A DNA stretch of 34,654 nt, from the NCBI GenBank assembly GCA_900088475.1, contig FLMG01004369.1, positions 1 to 34,654 on the forward strand, given 5' to 3'. Source of the DNA: Hyphochytrium catenoides. Its lineage: Eukaryota > Protista > Hyphochytriomycota. The translations under genes were made by a program, and so were the position numbers. Shown here in pieces: positions 23,176 through 33,939 of this stretch. The notes beneath the pieces are model-generated. The model was given only the letters and a program-made list of their open reading frames with translations. It did not search any database and had not been told where the DNA came from. Position 1 is the first letter of the stretch. Every line of letters begins with the position of its first letter.

Positions 23176-23409
23176 GCCGCTGCCGTCTCTTCACACCACA
23201 GCACCACCTCACTTCCCTCTTCCCTGTCTTGTACAAGTCAACTCATCAGCTTCGACTTCAGCCTCTGTCACCTTCCACGAGGCCTTCGTGCTTGTGCCAC
23301 TTCCCTCGTCAGAATCTAATCCTCCACGCCCAAGACACCCGACCGCCCCGCACGGAGAAAAGACAGCCAGCCGCCAGCCGCCAGCCGCCGCGCCAACAAA
23401 ATCATAACC

Positions 23410-24737
23410 ATGCCTGCACAGAGCATCTTCATCGTGGCTGCCAAGCGGACGCCTTTCGGTAAGTCGTGCCGTGAAGCGCAGTGAGAAGAGAAAGAGAGAA
23501 AAAGAGAGAGAGAGAGAGAAAAAGAGAGAGAGAAAACGTTGTCGCTCGTTTGATCGGCTGCAAGTGCGAGAGAAAGGGTATGATAGAGAGATGTACCGGT
23601 AGAGCCTTAGCTATGGCAAGGCAGGGGCGCAGCGAAGTTGCAACCAGACATGTACAAAGTCTAACCTAGACCTCGTCACAGGCGCTTTTGGAGGCAAGCT
23701 GAAGCACCTCACAGCTACAGATCTAGCCGTACACGCTGCTAAGGGCGCCATCTNNNNNNNNNNNNNNNNNNNNNNNNNNNNNNNCTCCTGCACTGACCGT
23801 CAACAGGCTCTGCGGTAGCGGCTTTCAGAGCGTGATCAACGGCATGCAGGATCTTTTGCTGGGAGAGGCAGAAATCGCTCTTTGCGGCGGCTCCGAGAGC
23901 ATGAGTCAAGCACCGCTCTCCGTCTTTGGGGATAAGGCACGCTGGGGCACTCCTCTTGGCGCTGGCCTCGCACTAGAAGACACTTTGTGGTCTGCTTTGA
24001 CTGACTCTTACGCAAAGAGTCCTATGGGCATCACTGCTGAGAATCTAGCCGAGAAGCACGGCATCAAGAGGGAAGATTGCGACGCTTTCGCGCTTAGAAG
24101 TCAGAAGGGCTGGGCAGCAGCCAACGAGGCTGGTCGCTTTGCTGCTGAGATCTCTCCCATTACCTTGAAGGGAAAGAAGGGTGAAGAAGTGATGGACAGC
24201 GATGAAGGTCCTCGCCCCCAGACGACCATTGAAGCTTTGAACAAGCTGAAGCCTGTTTTCAAAAAGGACGGAACGGTAACGGCAGGCAACGCTTCTGGCA
24301 TCTCTGATGGTGCTGGCGCCATTATCATTGCTACGGAAGAAGCGGTGAAGGCCAACAACCTTAAGCCGCTGGCACGCATTGCTGCTTACTCTGTGGCTGG
24401 TGTAGACCCTAAGATCATGGGCATTGGCCCTGTTCCGGCCATCAGAGAGGCTCTCAAGAGAGCAAACCTTAAGCTAGATGACATGGACCTGCTGGAGATC
24501 AATGAGGCCTTCGCACCTCAGTTCCTGGCTTGCCAGAAGGAGCTAGGCTTTGACATGAGCATCGCAAACCTCAATGGTGGCGCCATTGCGCTTGGCCACC
24601 CTCTCGCCTCATCGGGTAGTCGTATCACCGCGCACCTCGCTCATGAGCTGGTGCGTACTGGAAAGAAGTACGCCGTGGGATCGGCCTGCATCGGAGGTGG
24701 TCAGGGTATTGCTCTAATTCTTGAGAATGCCAACTAG
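23410..24737 (+). CDS. ACAA2: 3-ketoacyl-CoA thiolase, ACAA2 (mitochondrial T1)-like; exon 23410-23458, intron 23459-23681, exon from 23682 interrupted by an assembly gap
   Basis: MPAQSIFIVAAKRTPF|GAFGGKLKHLTATDLAVHAAKGAI..[N gap]..PALTVNRLCGSGFQS (catalytic Cys), VTAGNASGISDGA, EINEAFAPQ, GGAIALGHPL (His), GSACIGGGQG (second Cys). The AAKRTPFGAFGG start and NEAFAPQ resemble ACAA2. Confidence 0.92.
23754..23784. other. Assembly gap (31 N) inside the thiolase CDS
   Basis: Run of N. Other gaps at 28909-28933 and 29742-29792 lie next to CT microsatellites. Confidence 0.99.
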
Positions 24738-25329
24738 GTGTTAGACTAGCAAATGGAAGATAGACCGTTAGATAACCTTATGGCGCACTGTCTCATTGCG
24801 ACTCGTCTACTGACTCTCCCGACACCTCCTGTATCCTTTTAACATAATGACAGCATCACACCGAAGCACTCTTCTTTGCTTGAGAATCTATACGGAAGGT
24901 CCTCTGTTTATACTGACTCCCTTTCCACTTCTCTTGCGTTTTCTATGCGCTGTCCTTCCCACTGCCCTCCAGTCAGTACTATTCTTCTTTCAGAGAGAGC
25001 TCTACACGCAGAACTAGTTTCACTATCATGGAGAGCAAAGAAAGGGGTCAAACACTTGGAGGTGTCCGCACAATTCATTATAGGGATGCTCTCTAGGAAG
25101 GGTCTGAGATATGCTCAGAGCCACAGAATCCCCGGGAAAAACTGTAGATTGTGTGTCGTCCGCTACTTCTGGATCCTCTTCTCGAACAGGATCGTCCCAT
25201 TAGATCCCCTCGTTCAAGAAGGTCTAGGGGAGAGGACTAGGCCGATGGCTTCAGCGATAGCAGCGGGGGCTGTCACATTATCTTGCTTTGTCTCGAGCTC
25301 AAGACATTGTTCTCTTTGCGTAGTATGGG

Positions 25330-28009
25330 CTACTTTGGCAACCCTGTCTCTACAGAGATGAGACTCTCTTCAAGAGAGAGCTTCCTAGGTCCTTCTCCGA
25401 CTCTAGTATGGTAGATCATCCTCAGCAGTCCGGGCTCGGGCTCACGTTTTATCTTCTGCAAGAGTATTGGGTTGACCTCGCCTAGGGCCTCAACTGAGGG
25501 CTGAAGCTCTGGACGGTTCAAGTACGTGTCTCTCTCCTTGGAAGAGGGAGGGAAGTAGTGAAGGATGGCTTGCAGCATGGGAAGCACGTCTTTCCGCTGT
25601 ACGAAGATGACAGCGTTGGGGCCTGTCCAGTGGGCGTGGATGAGAGATAGGCAGCATATCGAGAACAAGCTCGAGGGTTCAAAGGAAATGGGAGAAGACT
25701 AACATGGAAGGACAGACAGAGAGGAAGACAGTGATAGGAAAGGCATTCAGAGACAAGGAGACAGAGGGAGTCTAGGCGAAAGCTTGAACCTGCTGTTAAT
25801 TGGAGCTCTCTGTCATCTCCTCTTACCTGCATCGAAGGTATATGCAGCTTTGACCTCTCCCTCAACCTCGTTGAAGGCGTGAACTAGGCTAATAATTCTC
25901 TTGGAAACGTCATTGAGATAGAAGACGGGGGGAAAGGTGTCCAAGCACGTGGCATGGAACTGATTGCTATCTTTCATCGTCAGTTCTGCAAAGAGAGAGA
26001 AGTCCCTATTGACGTAGGCTTTCTCCATTTCTTTCAGTCGCGGCTCAACAACTACGAGGGAAGCCACACCAAAAGAGGTTAATGGCAAGAGTGAGAACTG
26101 ATTCGCGAGGTAGAAGAGAGCAAGTCCAACGGATAGCGAAGGGAAGGGGGAGGAGTCGGGCTCAGTTAACGGAAAGAGCGGGTGATTGAAAGCAAGATGG
26201 GCGAGACAGAACAAAGAAAGAAAGAGAGGCGAGCATAAGAAACGGAAAGAGCGGGCGATTGAAAGCAAGATGGACGAGACAGGGCAAAGGAAGAAAGAGG
26301 GCCAGCATCAGAAAGAAAAAGAGAGAGAGAGAGAAATAGAAAGAGAGAGACACAGAGAGAGAGAGAAGAACACGGAAAAGAAGCGCAAAGCCAGCATTTT
26401 GTGTCGTACCTTCCCTAGCTCTGTAGTCAAGCAGAGGACTGGTTTCTACGCTTCTCTGCATTCCCTCAGTGCTGCTTGTCTCCTTCTTGCTATCGCTCAC
26501 TACACAGATGATCGCTTCCATTTCGGGCCAGTGATCCCTATCAGCTACCTGCCAATGGAAGAGGTGAGCGAGTAAAGGAGAATAAGAGGGGCAAACGCAA
26601 TGGACGAGTTAAGTGAAAAGTGAGATAGACAGAAATTGAAGAAAGTCAGATCGAAGGAGAGAGAGACAGAGGAAGGTGGAAGAAGCAATAGGCGAGAGAA
26701 AGAGCAAGCAGGACAGAAGAGGGCGAGAGTGAGTAGCCCTCACGAACATAACGACTCTCCTCTTAACCTCGTCACTAATTCAAAGTCTAAGTGTCCCTAT
26801 AGCCTTCTCCTTCTTCCAGCTTCTGACCTCTCTTGTTCGAGTCTGTCTTCTCCTTTGTTCCTTTGTCCTTTCCTCTTCTATCGCCTACTCTCCCTATTTC
26901 TCCCTCTACCCTCTCTCTCTCTATAAATATATATTGTTTCTATTTTTCTCTCTTGTCTCTTGTCCTCTCTCTCTCCTCTACTTGGGTTGGGCTTGAAACT
27001 CGCCGCTTAGAGCTTAAGCGTCCTTTCTTTTCTATGCCCACCTGGACCGCTATGCTATCAGAACCGTCTTGTTCTCTTCCCTTCTGCCATTTGACAAATC
27101 CTCCATATAGACTGCGGCAGGCGCTGCCTGATCCCTGTCGGGCAATGGCAGAAAGCTGCCCAGGGTATTCCTCCTTCACACAGAGAAGCTCCGCTAAGGT
27201 GAAGACTATGTGCAAAAAGAGAGAGGTTCGTGCGAAGGACCGTAAGAAGTAAGGCTGAAGAATGGGAAAGTGCTGAACACAGAGTAACCGGAGTCCAAAG
27301 CGTCGTCTTTCTATAGATGACACAATGGAAAGAAGGAGTAAACAGAGAGAAAGAGGAACGAGATAAGAATAAGAAAGAAGAGAGAGTCACTCCCAGGAGA
27401 GAGGAAGGAGAGAAGTAGGGTGGGGTCGTTGCGACGCCGGAGAGAAGTATAGAGAAGGAAGAGTGAGAGAGAGAAGACGACAGAAGCAGAAAGAAAGACA
27501 ACCGAGAGATTATGAGGAGAATGCTGCCTAAAAGGAAGCCGCCATCTCTCGCGAAAGGTTCACAGGATAGAGGAAGGGAGAAAACAGGGAAAGAGTGAGA
27601 GAGAGAGAGAGAGAGAGCCAATGCAAGAGAGAGAGAGAGAAGCTCATAGTACCGAGAGCGGCATAGCCCGCAGCCGAAGATGCCAAGCCTGCGGCGGTGG
27701 GGAAGTTATTCCTGGAGACAATGTGGAAGCGATAGTCCGCCCATTCTTCCTTGTCGACCAGCACTTCTCCTTTCTCATCCTTCCTCACTCCTGCTAGCTT
27801 CCTGAGCTCTCTCAAGCAGGTCTGAACCCGCTTGCTCCCGGAGATGTCTTCCTCTCTGTAGCAGAGACATGAAACTGAGGAGAACATTGAACACGAGACA
27901 GAGATGCCAGTAGCAGAGGGTGCAAGGTCCAGAGAGGCGAGAGCCAACGTGTGTTTGAGAGAGAAATAAAGGGAGACACGGAGGGAGAAAGAGAGAGCCC
28001 CCCGGCGCC

Positions 28010-28045
<36 letters not shown>

Positions 28046-28317
28046 CAAGACCTGATGGGAAGAGGAGAGGACAACGCCTTCTTCGCTTCTCACCTGCCGT
28101 TCAGCCAAAGCCTATCTGCCGAGAAGCTCTTACTGGCCGCGACAGTGGTGACAGCACTGAGGTCGTCCTGGTCCAGGGTGACGCTCACTGAGGAGTTGAT
28201 GGGCGTGTTCAGAGCAACGCTGTCCTTGCCCCAATACTTTATCACAGCGATGTTCGTAGGTGCACTGCACGTGACCACCAGCGAGGGATTCACAGCCGTT
28301 GGCGCTGCCGCTGCCAT
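25330..28317 (-). CDS. MVD: Diphosphomevalonate decarboxylase; exons 28317-28094, 27855-27653, 27205-27042, 26548-26410, 26051-25827, 25622-25330 (415 aa)
   Basis: [25 protein letters not shown] loop [64 protein letters not shown], and C-terminal TGLPK. Exon sum is 1248 nt, in frame. Confidence 0.97.
26168..26314. repeat. Imperfect ~73-bp tandem duplication inside MVD intron 4
   Basis: AACGGAAAGAGCGGG(T/C)GATTGAAAGCAAGATGG(G/A)CGAGACAG begins at both 26168 and 26241. Confidence 0.9.
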
Positions 28318-28546
28318 ATTGTCTTTCCTTCTTCCGTCTCTTGCGTGCTTCCTCTTCTTTCGTATCCCGTTGCCTGGGTCTGGAGGATTATTGGAAGACA
28401 CTGCTAGCCGCTGGAGGAAGAGAAGATGAGTGATAAGCAAAGTCTGCTGAAGACGGGAATTGATGAGCAGCTGCGAGCTAGAGTGGGCCGCGGACGACGT
28501 GACGAGGATGGGAGGATCAAGGAAAGGTTAGAAGGGGAGACACTTG

Positions 28547-28875
28547 TGAGAGAGAGAGAGAGAGAGAGAGAAGAGAGAGAAAGAGAGAGAGGAGAGAGAA
28601 GAGAGAGAAAGAGAGAGCAGCAGCGAAGCCAAAAAAGTCAGAACCTATCTTCACACTCAATGAATGGCCGTTACCGGCCTTTTCTATAGGTGGGACTGTA
28701 GGGCAGGCATCTTTAGCTCTTAGATCCGGAATGATGAACGTGGTGCGGGGAGTATTCAAGAATATGGCCGGCCCACATACTAGTTATGAAGCTTCAGAGA
28801 ACCGCTAACGATCGGCTTCAGTTGAGAATCGAAGCGACACCTGACCTTGGACTACCTGACTCCACCTCATCGCTA

Positions 28876-28908
<33 letters not shown>

Positions 28909-28936
28909 NNNNNNNNNNNNNNNNNNNNNNNNNCTC

Positions 28937-28967
<31 letters not shown>

Positions 28968-29110
28968 TTTCATCGCTCCCTTTCTCTCTTTTCATCACTC
29001 CCCTCACTCTCTCTCGCTCTCTCGCTCTCCTCTCTCTCTTCTGCGCTTCTCTTCCTCACTGTCTCTCTCGCTTCCTCTCCCAGGCCCACTAGCTGAAACT
29101 CTCTCTCTCT
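28547..29110. promoter_or_regulatory. Putative bidirectional promoter between MVD (-) and the coiled-coil gene (+), flanked by (GA)n on the left and (CT)n on the right
   Basis: Divergent start codons at 28317 and 29489. A GA tract at 28547-28617 and a CT tract at 28879-29110 bracket a non-repetitive core at about 28630-28875. Confidence 0.5.
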
Positions 29111-29488
29111 TTGGGCGGTTCAAGGTTCCTCGCTCTCTATTCCACATCTTTCATCACCTCCGCCTCCTCTCTCGCTGCCAAGTTGTACGCCCTCGTCTGA
29201 GGTTTGTCTCCTTCTCCATCGCCTCGAAGCACTCCTCTTCCTGATAACCCAGCGGCCCTGATGCCAGCTCTCAGACACACCAGACTCTCTTTGTTTCCTT
29301 CCTCTCTTTTGCCCTCATTAGTCTAGCCTCTGTCTTTCTCTCCTCCCGCCCCTGAGTCACATACTCTCTCTCAAGGTCTCTCTGTCTCTCTCTCTCTGTG
29401 TCTCCCTCTCTGTGTATCACTGCTTTAAGCAGAGACTCGCCTCCAAACGGGCTGGGAAGCATGACCTGAGTCCTCAGAGACAGAGAGG

Positions 29489-30940
29489 ATGGAGTTTGAC
29501 GAAGACGACCAGCGCTCTGTCGCAAAGGAGCTGTGGGGACCAGGCGCTGAAGGTAGAGAACATGCGCGCAACATCTGTCTGTGGCCTCTCTTTCCCGAGC
29601 TTTCTCTCTCTCCCCAGACTTTCCCTTTCGTTGGAAGGCTTCTCCCTCCTTCAGGACTTTCTGCTCTTTCAGCTGCGAAGTACATGTCTACGTTTCCTTT
29701 GCTAGACTCCTCCACAAGGTTTGTCTCGACAGATCCTTCTTNNNNNNNNNNNNNNNNNNNNNNNNNNNNNNNNNNNNNNNNNNNNNNNNNNNTCTCTCTC
29801 TCTCTCTCTCTCTCTCCCCTCTCTCCCTCTCTCTCTCCGTCCCTCCCTCTCACTCTTGCTGTCACTCTTACCTCTCACTTCCTCCTCAGCGCGGCTGCAA
29901 GCCCTCAATGAGCGGCACAAGCAGAAGGTCCGTCAGCTACTTCGTAACATTCAAGGCTTAAAGCGGCAGTTGGACCAGGAGAGAGCCTCCAACAGAGAGC
30001 ATCGACGCTCTGCCCTCATCCAAAGCCTCAGGAAAGAGTTGAGAGAGGGAGAACTGGTGGTCGACGTGCTGAAGAATATGATTGTGAAGAAGAGTGGCGC
30101 AGACCTGGACACGATAGAGAAGGTATCAAATGACCGCCACTCTTTCTCCCTTTATTTCTCTCTAGCTACTCTCCACTGCAATAGGTTTCCTCTCTTTCTT
30201 CTTTCTTCATCGATCTCCTTCTTATTTGATTTCTCTTTGTTCCGTCCCTTCCTCTCCGCTGGCCCAGCAGCGATTGTACTAATCAAACGGAACATGTATC
30301 GCCTTCTTCACTTTATCTCCCTCCCGTTCCTCGCCCTGGGTTCTCTCTGTCTCTCTCTGTGTCTCTGTCTCTTCTCTCTCTCTCTCTCTCTCTCACTTCT
30401 CTCTCTTCTCTCAGTCCGTCTCTCTCTCTCCCTCCCTCTCTCTCTCTCTCTCTCTCTCCTTTCTCTCATGTCTCTCTTTCCCGCACACACCACCTTCCCA
30501 GGACTTCTCTCTCTTGGATAGTCTTACCGCATTCTTTATCCCTCAGATTACCTCTCTACTCTCATTGAATGGGCTCCTTTGCACTCTTTCATCCCCTTAC
30601 TTGCCTTTCGTCCATCTCTCTCTAAAACTTTGGCATGCTTCTTTCCTCTCTCTCTCTTTCTCTTTCCCTCTCTTGCCTATCGTGTGCCAGGTAAACGAAG
30701 AGATTATTCGCAAGACGATTGGAGGACCGAAGAGGTTCCGACCAGAGACGAGGGAGCAACTGCAGAACAAAATAGCAGAGGTCTGAGACACTGTGCCTTT
30801 CCTCGCTCTCTCTGCTAAACAAAATCTCTATCGACCTCTAACTCTCATTTCGCGCTCCTCCCTCTTTCTCTCTCCTTAAACTGTGACAGAGACTTCTCAG
30901 CTCAGTTTGAGCTTGATTCTATTTTCTATCTCTGTTTGTA

Positions 30941-30977
<37 letters not shown>

Positions 30978-32879
30978 TCCCCGTGTCTTTTTCATTACCC
31001 TCAACAGCTTACTGTTTCTCTCCTATGTCACGTCAGCTGGAAGGTCAGCGGTCACGCCACCAGCTAACAATAGAGAAACTGCAGCAGACCATAAAGAGCT
31101 TATCTCAGAATGAGAGACAGAGTCCGCAGGACACTCCTAGGACAAATGGACCCACCAGCGCCAGGAAGAGCTCCAGAGACGATGCAAAAGGTAGAGAGGA
31201 GGGGAGAGCATATGTGTTATCGGAGCATCTCTCTCGCTTTCTCTTGTCTCTCTCTCTCTGAGTCTTTGCTCTCTAATCCGCCTCTCATTGCCTCGCAGAA
31301 GACAAAGCGGTCGTGGACACGCTACTGAGCGATGTGAAAGAGTTGCGAGTGGCGATGGAGGCCAAAGACCTGCTGCTTCGTGCTCAAGAGGAGAGAGTCC
31401 AGGAGCTGTACGCCACGCAGTCCAAGCTGCAGCAGTAAGAACGCTTGACGCACCAACCTTAAAGCCTCTTGCAACGCTATTACACTGGCCAATTGAGCCT
31501 CTCTTCTCTCTTTTGGTTCTCTCTCTCTCTTGGTAGTATTAGTGTCAGCTTCTCATCTACTTCTGTGCGGACATCGTCCAGCTCAAGCCTGTCATCTCTC
31601 TGATTCCCTTTGTCTTTCTCAGGCTGCAAAGCAAGTTTGACAGGTTAGACAAGAAATATAAAGCTCTGGTCGCCAGCCATGAAAAGCTGAACGACGAGTT
31701 CCTGGCTGCGAGTCACGAAAACATGAAGGTAAAGAAAGGATGAAGAAAGGCTTCGACTCGAAGCTAAGACAGAGATAGAGAATGTGAGTCTAGAATAGAA
31801 GAGAGAGAGAGAGAGCGAGAACTAGACGACGCCACCCTAGGAAGGCAGGACTATAGGGCACTGGCAAGGCTAGGGTGGTAGCTGCGTCTATGAGCAAAGG
31901 AAGACAGGAGTCACCAGTCAGAGCCGCTAACCAGGATAACACCTTCCTGCTTGCCAACAGTTTGTCCAAGAGAAAATCCGCCTGGAGGCAGAGTTACAGC
32001 TTCTGCGAGAGAGCAGAGCGGAAGGAGGAGAAGCGGCCAACGAGGAGCACCTCCAGAGCTTGGAGAAGCTAAAGGAACTTTTGAAAGCTAACACAGAGCT
32101 AGAAAAGAAGAGAGAGGAAGACCAACGACGAGCCGCGGAGGAAAAAGCTAATCTGGTGGTGCAGGTACGTTGCATAAGGTTCCTTAGACGAGCCAATGCC
32201 CGTAGAGACAAAGGATATGAGAGGTGGAGGAGGATATTAAGGCATCTAAAATAACAGAGAGTCAAAGTAGCAGTTGACGTTACAAACGCCGGGACTGCCT
32301 TTGCCCTTGGTCTCACCAAGATTTCTCGTCATACTCTCAGCTCAAGGAACAAACAAAAGCAGCGGAAGGTGCGAGAGCGGAGCTGGAGAAGTTAAGGCGC
32401 AAGCTGGCAGAAGCGCCTTCCTCTAGCATTAGACAACACGAAGATGACAGGAGCACCAAGAAACCGAGGTCTGCTCCTCAATCTCCTTCTACCTTCGCCT
32501 CCTGCTCCTTCTTTCTCTATCTCTCTTGATCTCCCAGACTATCAATTCTAGCGCTATAACCGCGTGTCTCCGCATCTCATCCTCACTAGCGGTCTCTCCT
32601 TTGGTCACGTCTATGCTGTTGCTGCTCTAGTGAGATGCCTAAGGAACAAAAGAATCCATCTGCGGGTGCACCCCTTACTGTCCAGCACGTGGAAGACCTT
32701 CATCAGGAGAATACCAAGCTCAAACAGAAGGTACGGCCCTGTTTCACACTGTCTTCCTCCGTCTTTGCCCTTATCCCTCCCTATTGGCTTTCAAGGCGGC
32801 ACGAGCGACGATGTTGGAGAAGCAAGCTCGCCAAGCAATGTCCAAACTTCAGCTAAATCTGCCCTTCAAGAAAGGATGA
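29489..32879 (+). CDS. Uncharacterised coiled-coil protein, at least 10 exons (5' structure uncertain because of an N gap)
   Basis: Phase-compatible GT-AG exons give MEFDEDDQRSVAKELWGPGAE|ARLQALNERHKQKVRQLLRNIQGLKRQLDQER...IEK|VNEEIIRKTIGGPKRFRPETREQLQNKIAE|LEGQ...|AARATMLEKQARQAMSKLQLNLPFKKG*. The sequence is heptad-like and E/K/Q/L/R-rich throughout. Confidence 0.8.
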
Positions 32880-33047
32880 ACTTTCTCTTCTTCGTGTCTC
32901 CCTCGCATCATTAATTCCAGAAAGTGGCCAAGGGCACGCTATGCCCAGAAAGAGCGAGGGGAAAGAGAGAAAGGAAGAGAGAGAGAGAAAGCAGTTGCTC
33001 CAGGGTTTGAGCGCGATGATAGTAGGTGGTCTCTCTACCTCTCCAGT

Positions 33048-33939
33048 CTACGTGCTTCTTCGAAAAGAGAGTCTTGATCCGGGCAGGAGCACTTCTGCCT
33101 CTCCTTTCAGCGCCAAAGAGCCATCCAACTTTGTGATCACTGTCGAGCAATGAAGCAGGCGGATCTTCTCTCGCATGGAGAGAACCTCAATTCTTGCCGT
33201 CACTTCTTCTTCGACGTACACAGGAGAAAGAAACTTGAGGCCTTGAGAGATATAGACAGAACCTATGGAGGGAAGGCATGAGACGCCAGAGAGAGAGAAG
33301 GAGACAGGAGAGGAGAGATAGAAAGAGGGTTGGAACAGGAAGGTCCGAGTCCGAGAGGAGAAGTAGCGAGACGCACCACCTAGCTGACCTCTCCATTCTT
33401 TGCTTACGTCCCAGCCCTGCCTTTCTGACGCTATATCTTTCCTACCGGTCGCTCCTCTCCCATATTCTCCTCCTACCTGGGATAGTGCTTCCAAAGATCG
33501 TTGAGAATAAGCTGGCAACAAGAATGCCATGAACTATAGGACCCTCTCCCGGTGCGCTTGACTTCTCACCAGCAACATGAAGCGGGTTGTCGTCTCCACT
33601 TAGCTGAGCAAAGAGAAGAACATCATTATGGCTGAAGGAACGCCGAAGCTCTGCAAAAGCTCCAGGACGTTGAAGTCCATTAGCTTCCACCTGATGAACA
33701 TCATGCCATTGGGAAGCCCAAGGGGCAAATAGAGGAGAGGCAATAAGCACCAAGCAATAGGACGCAAGGCTTGGTAAGAACTCTGTGAAATGGCGGGAAA
33801 GCTTTTAAGAACTGGGTAAACTCACGTCAGTCAGCAACGTGCCGGTCACTTTTGGCGACGATAAACTCGCTTGTCCTCGTACAGGCGAAGTTCCCACTAT
33901 CGAGGGTCTCAGTGCACTCCTCAGTCTAGTACAATACAT
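33048..33939 (-). CDS. HTD2: MaoC-family (R)-hydroxyacyl-thioester dehydratase, HTD2-like, with putative mitochondrial presequence; exons 33939-33826, 33690-33477, 33262-33048 (180 aa)
   Basis: Hydratase-2 motif FAQLSGDDNPLH, IVHGIL...SLFSTIFG, PGSVYISQGLKFLSPVYV. The N-terminal exon MYCTRLRSALRPSIVGTSPVRGQASLSSPK is R/S-rich and lacks acidic residues. Introns are GT-AG and in phase. Confidence 0.85.

Noticed and set aside
24876-25361. 161-aa ORF between the thiolase and MVD
   Set aside because: TTG start, no motifs, and it lies in the convergent 3' UTR region overlapping the MVD stop.
23410-33939. Polyhydroxyalkanoate (PhaA + PhaJ) pathway interpretation
   Set aside because: There is no PHA synthase or acetoacetyl-CoA reductase in the window, and both genes have ordinary eukaryotic mitochondrial counterparts and spliceosomal introns.
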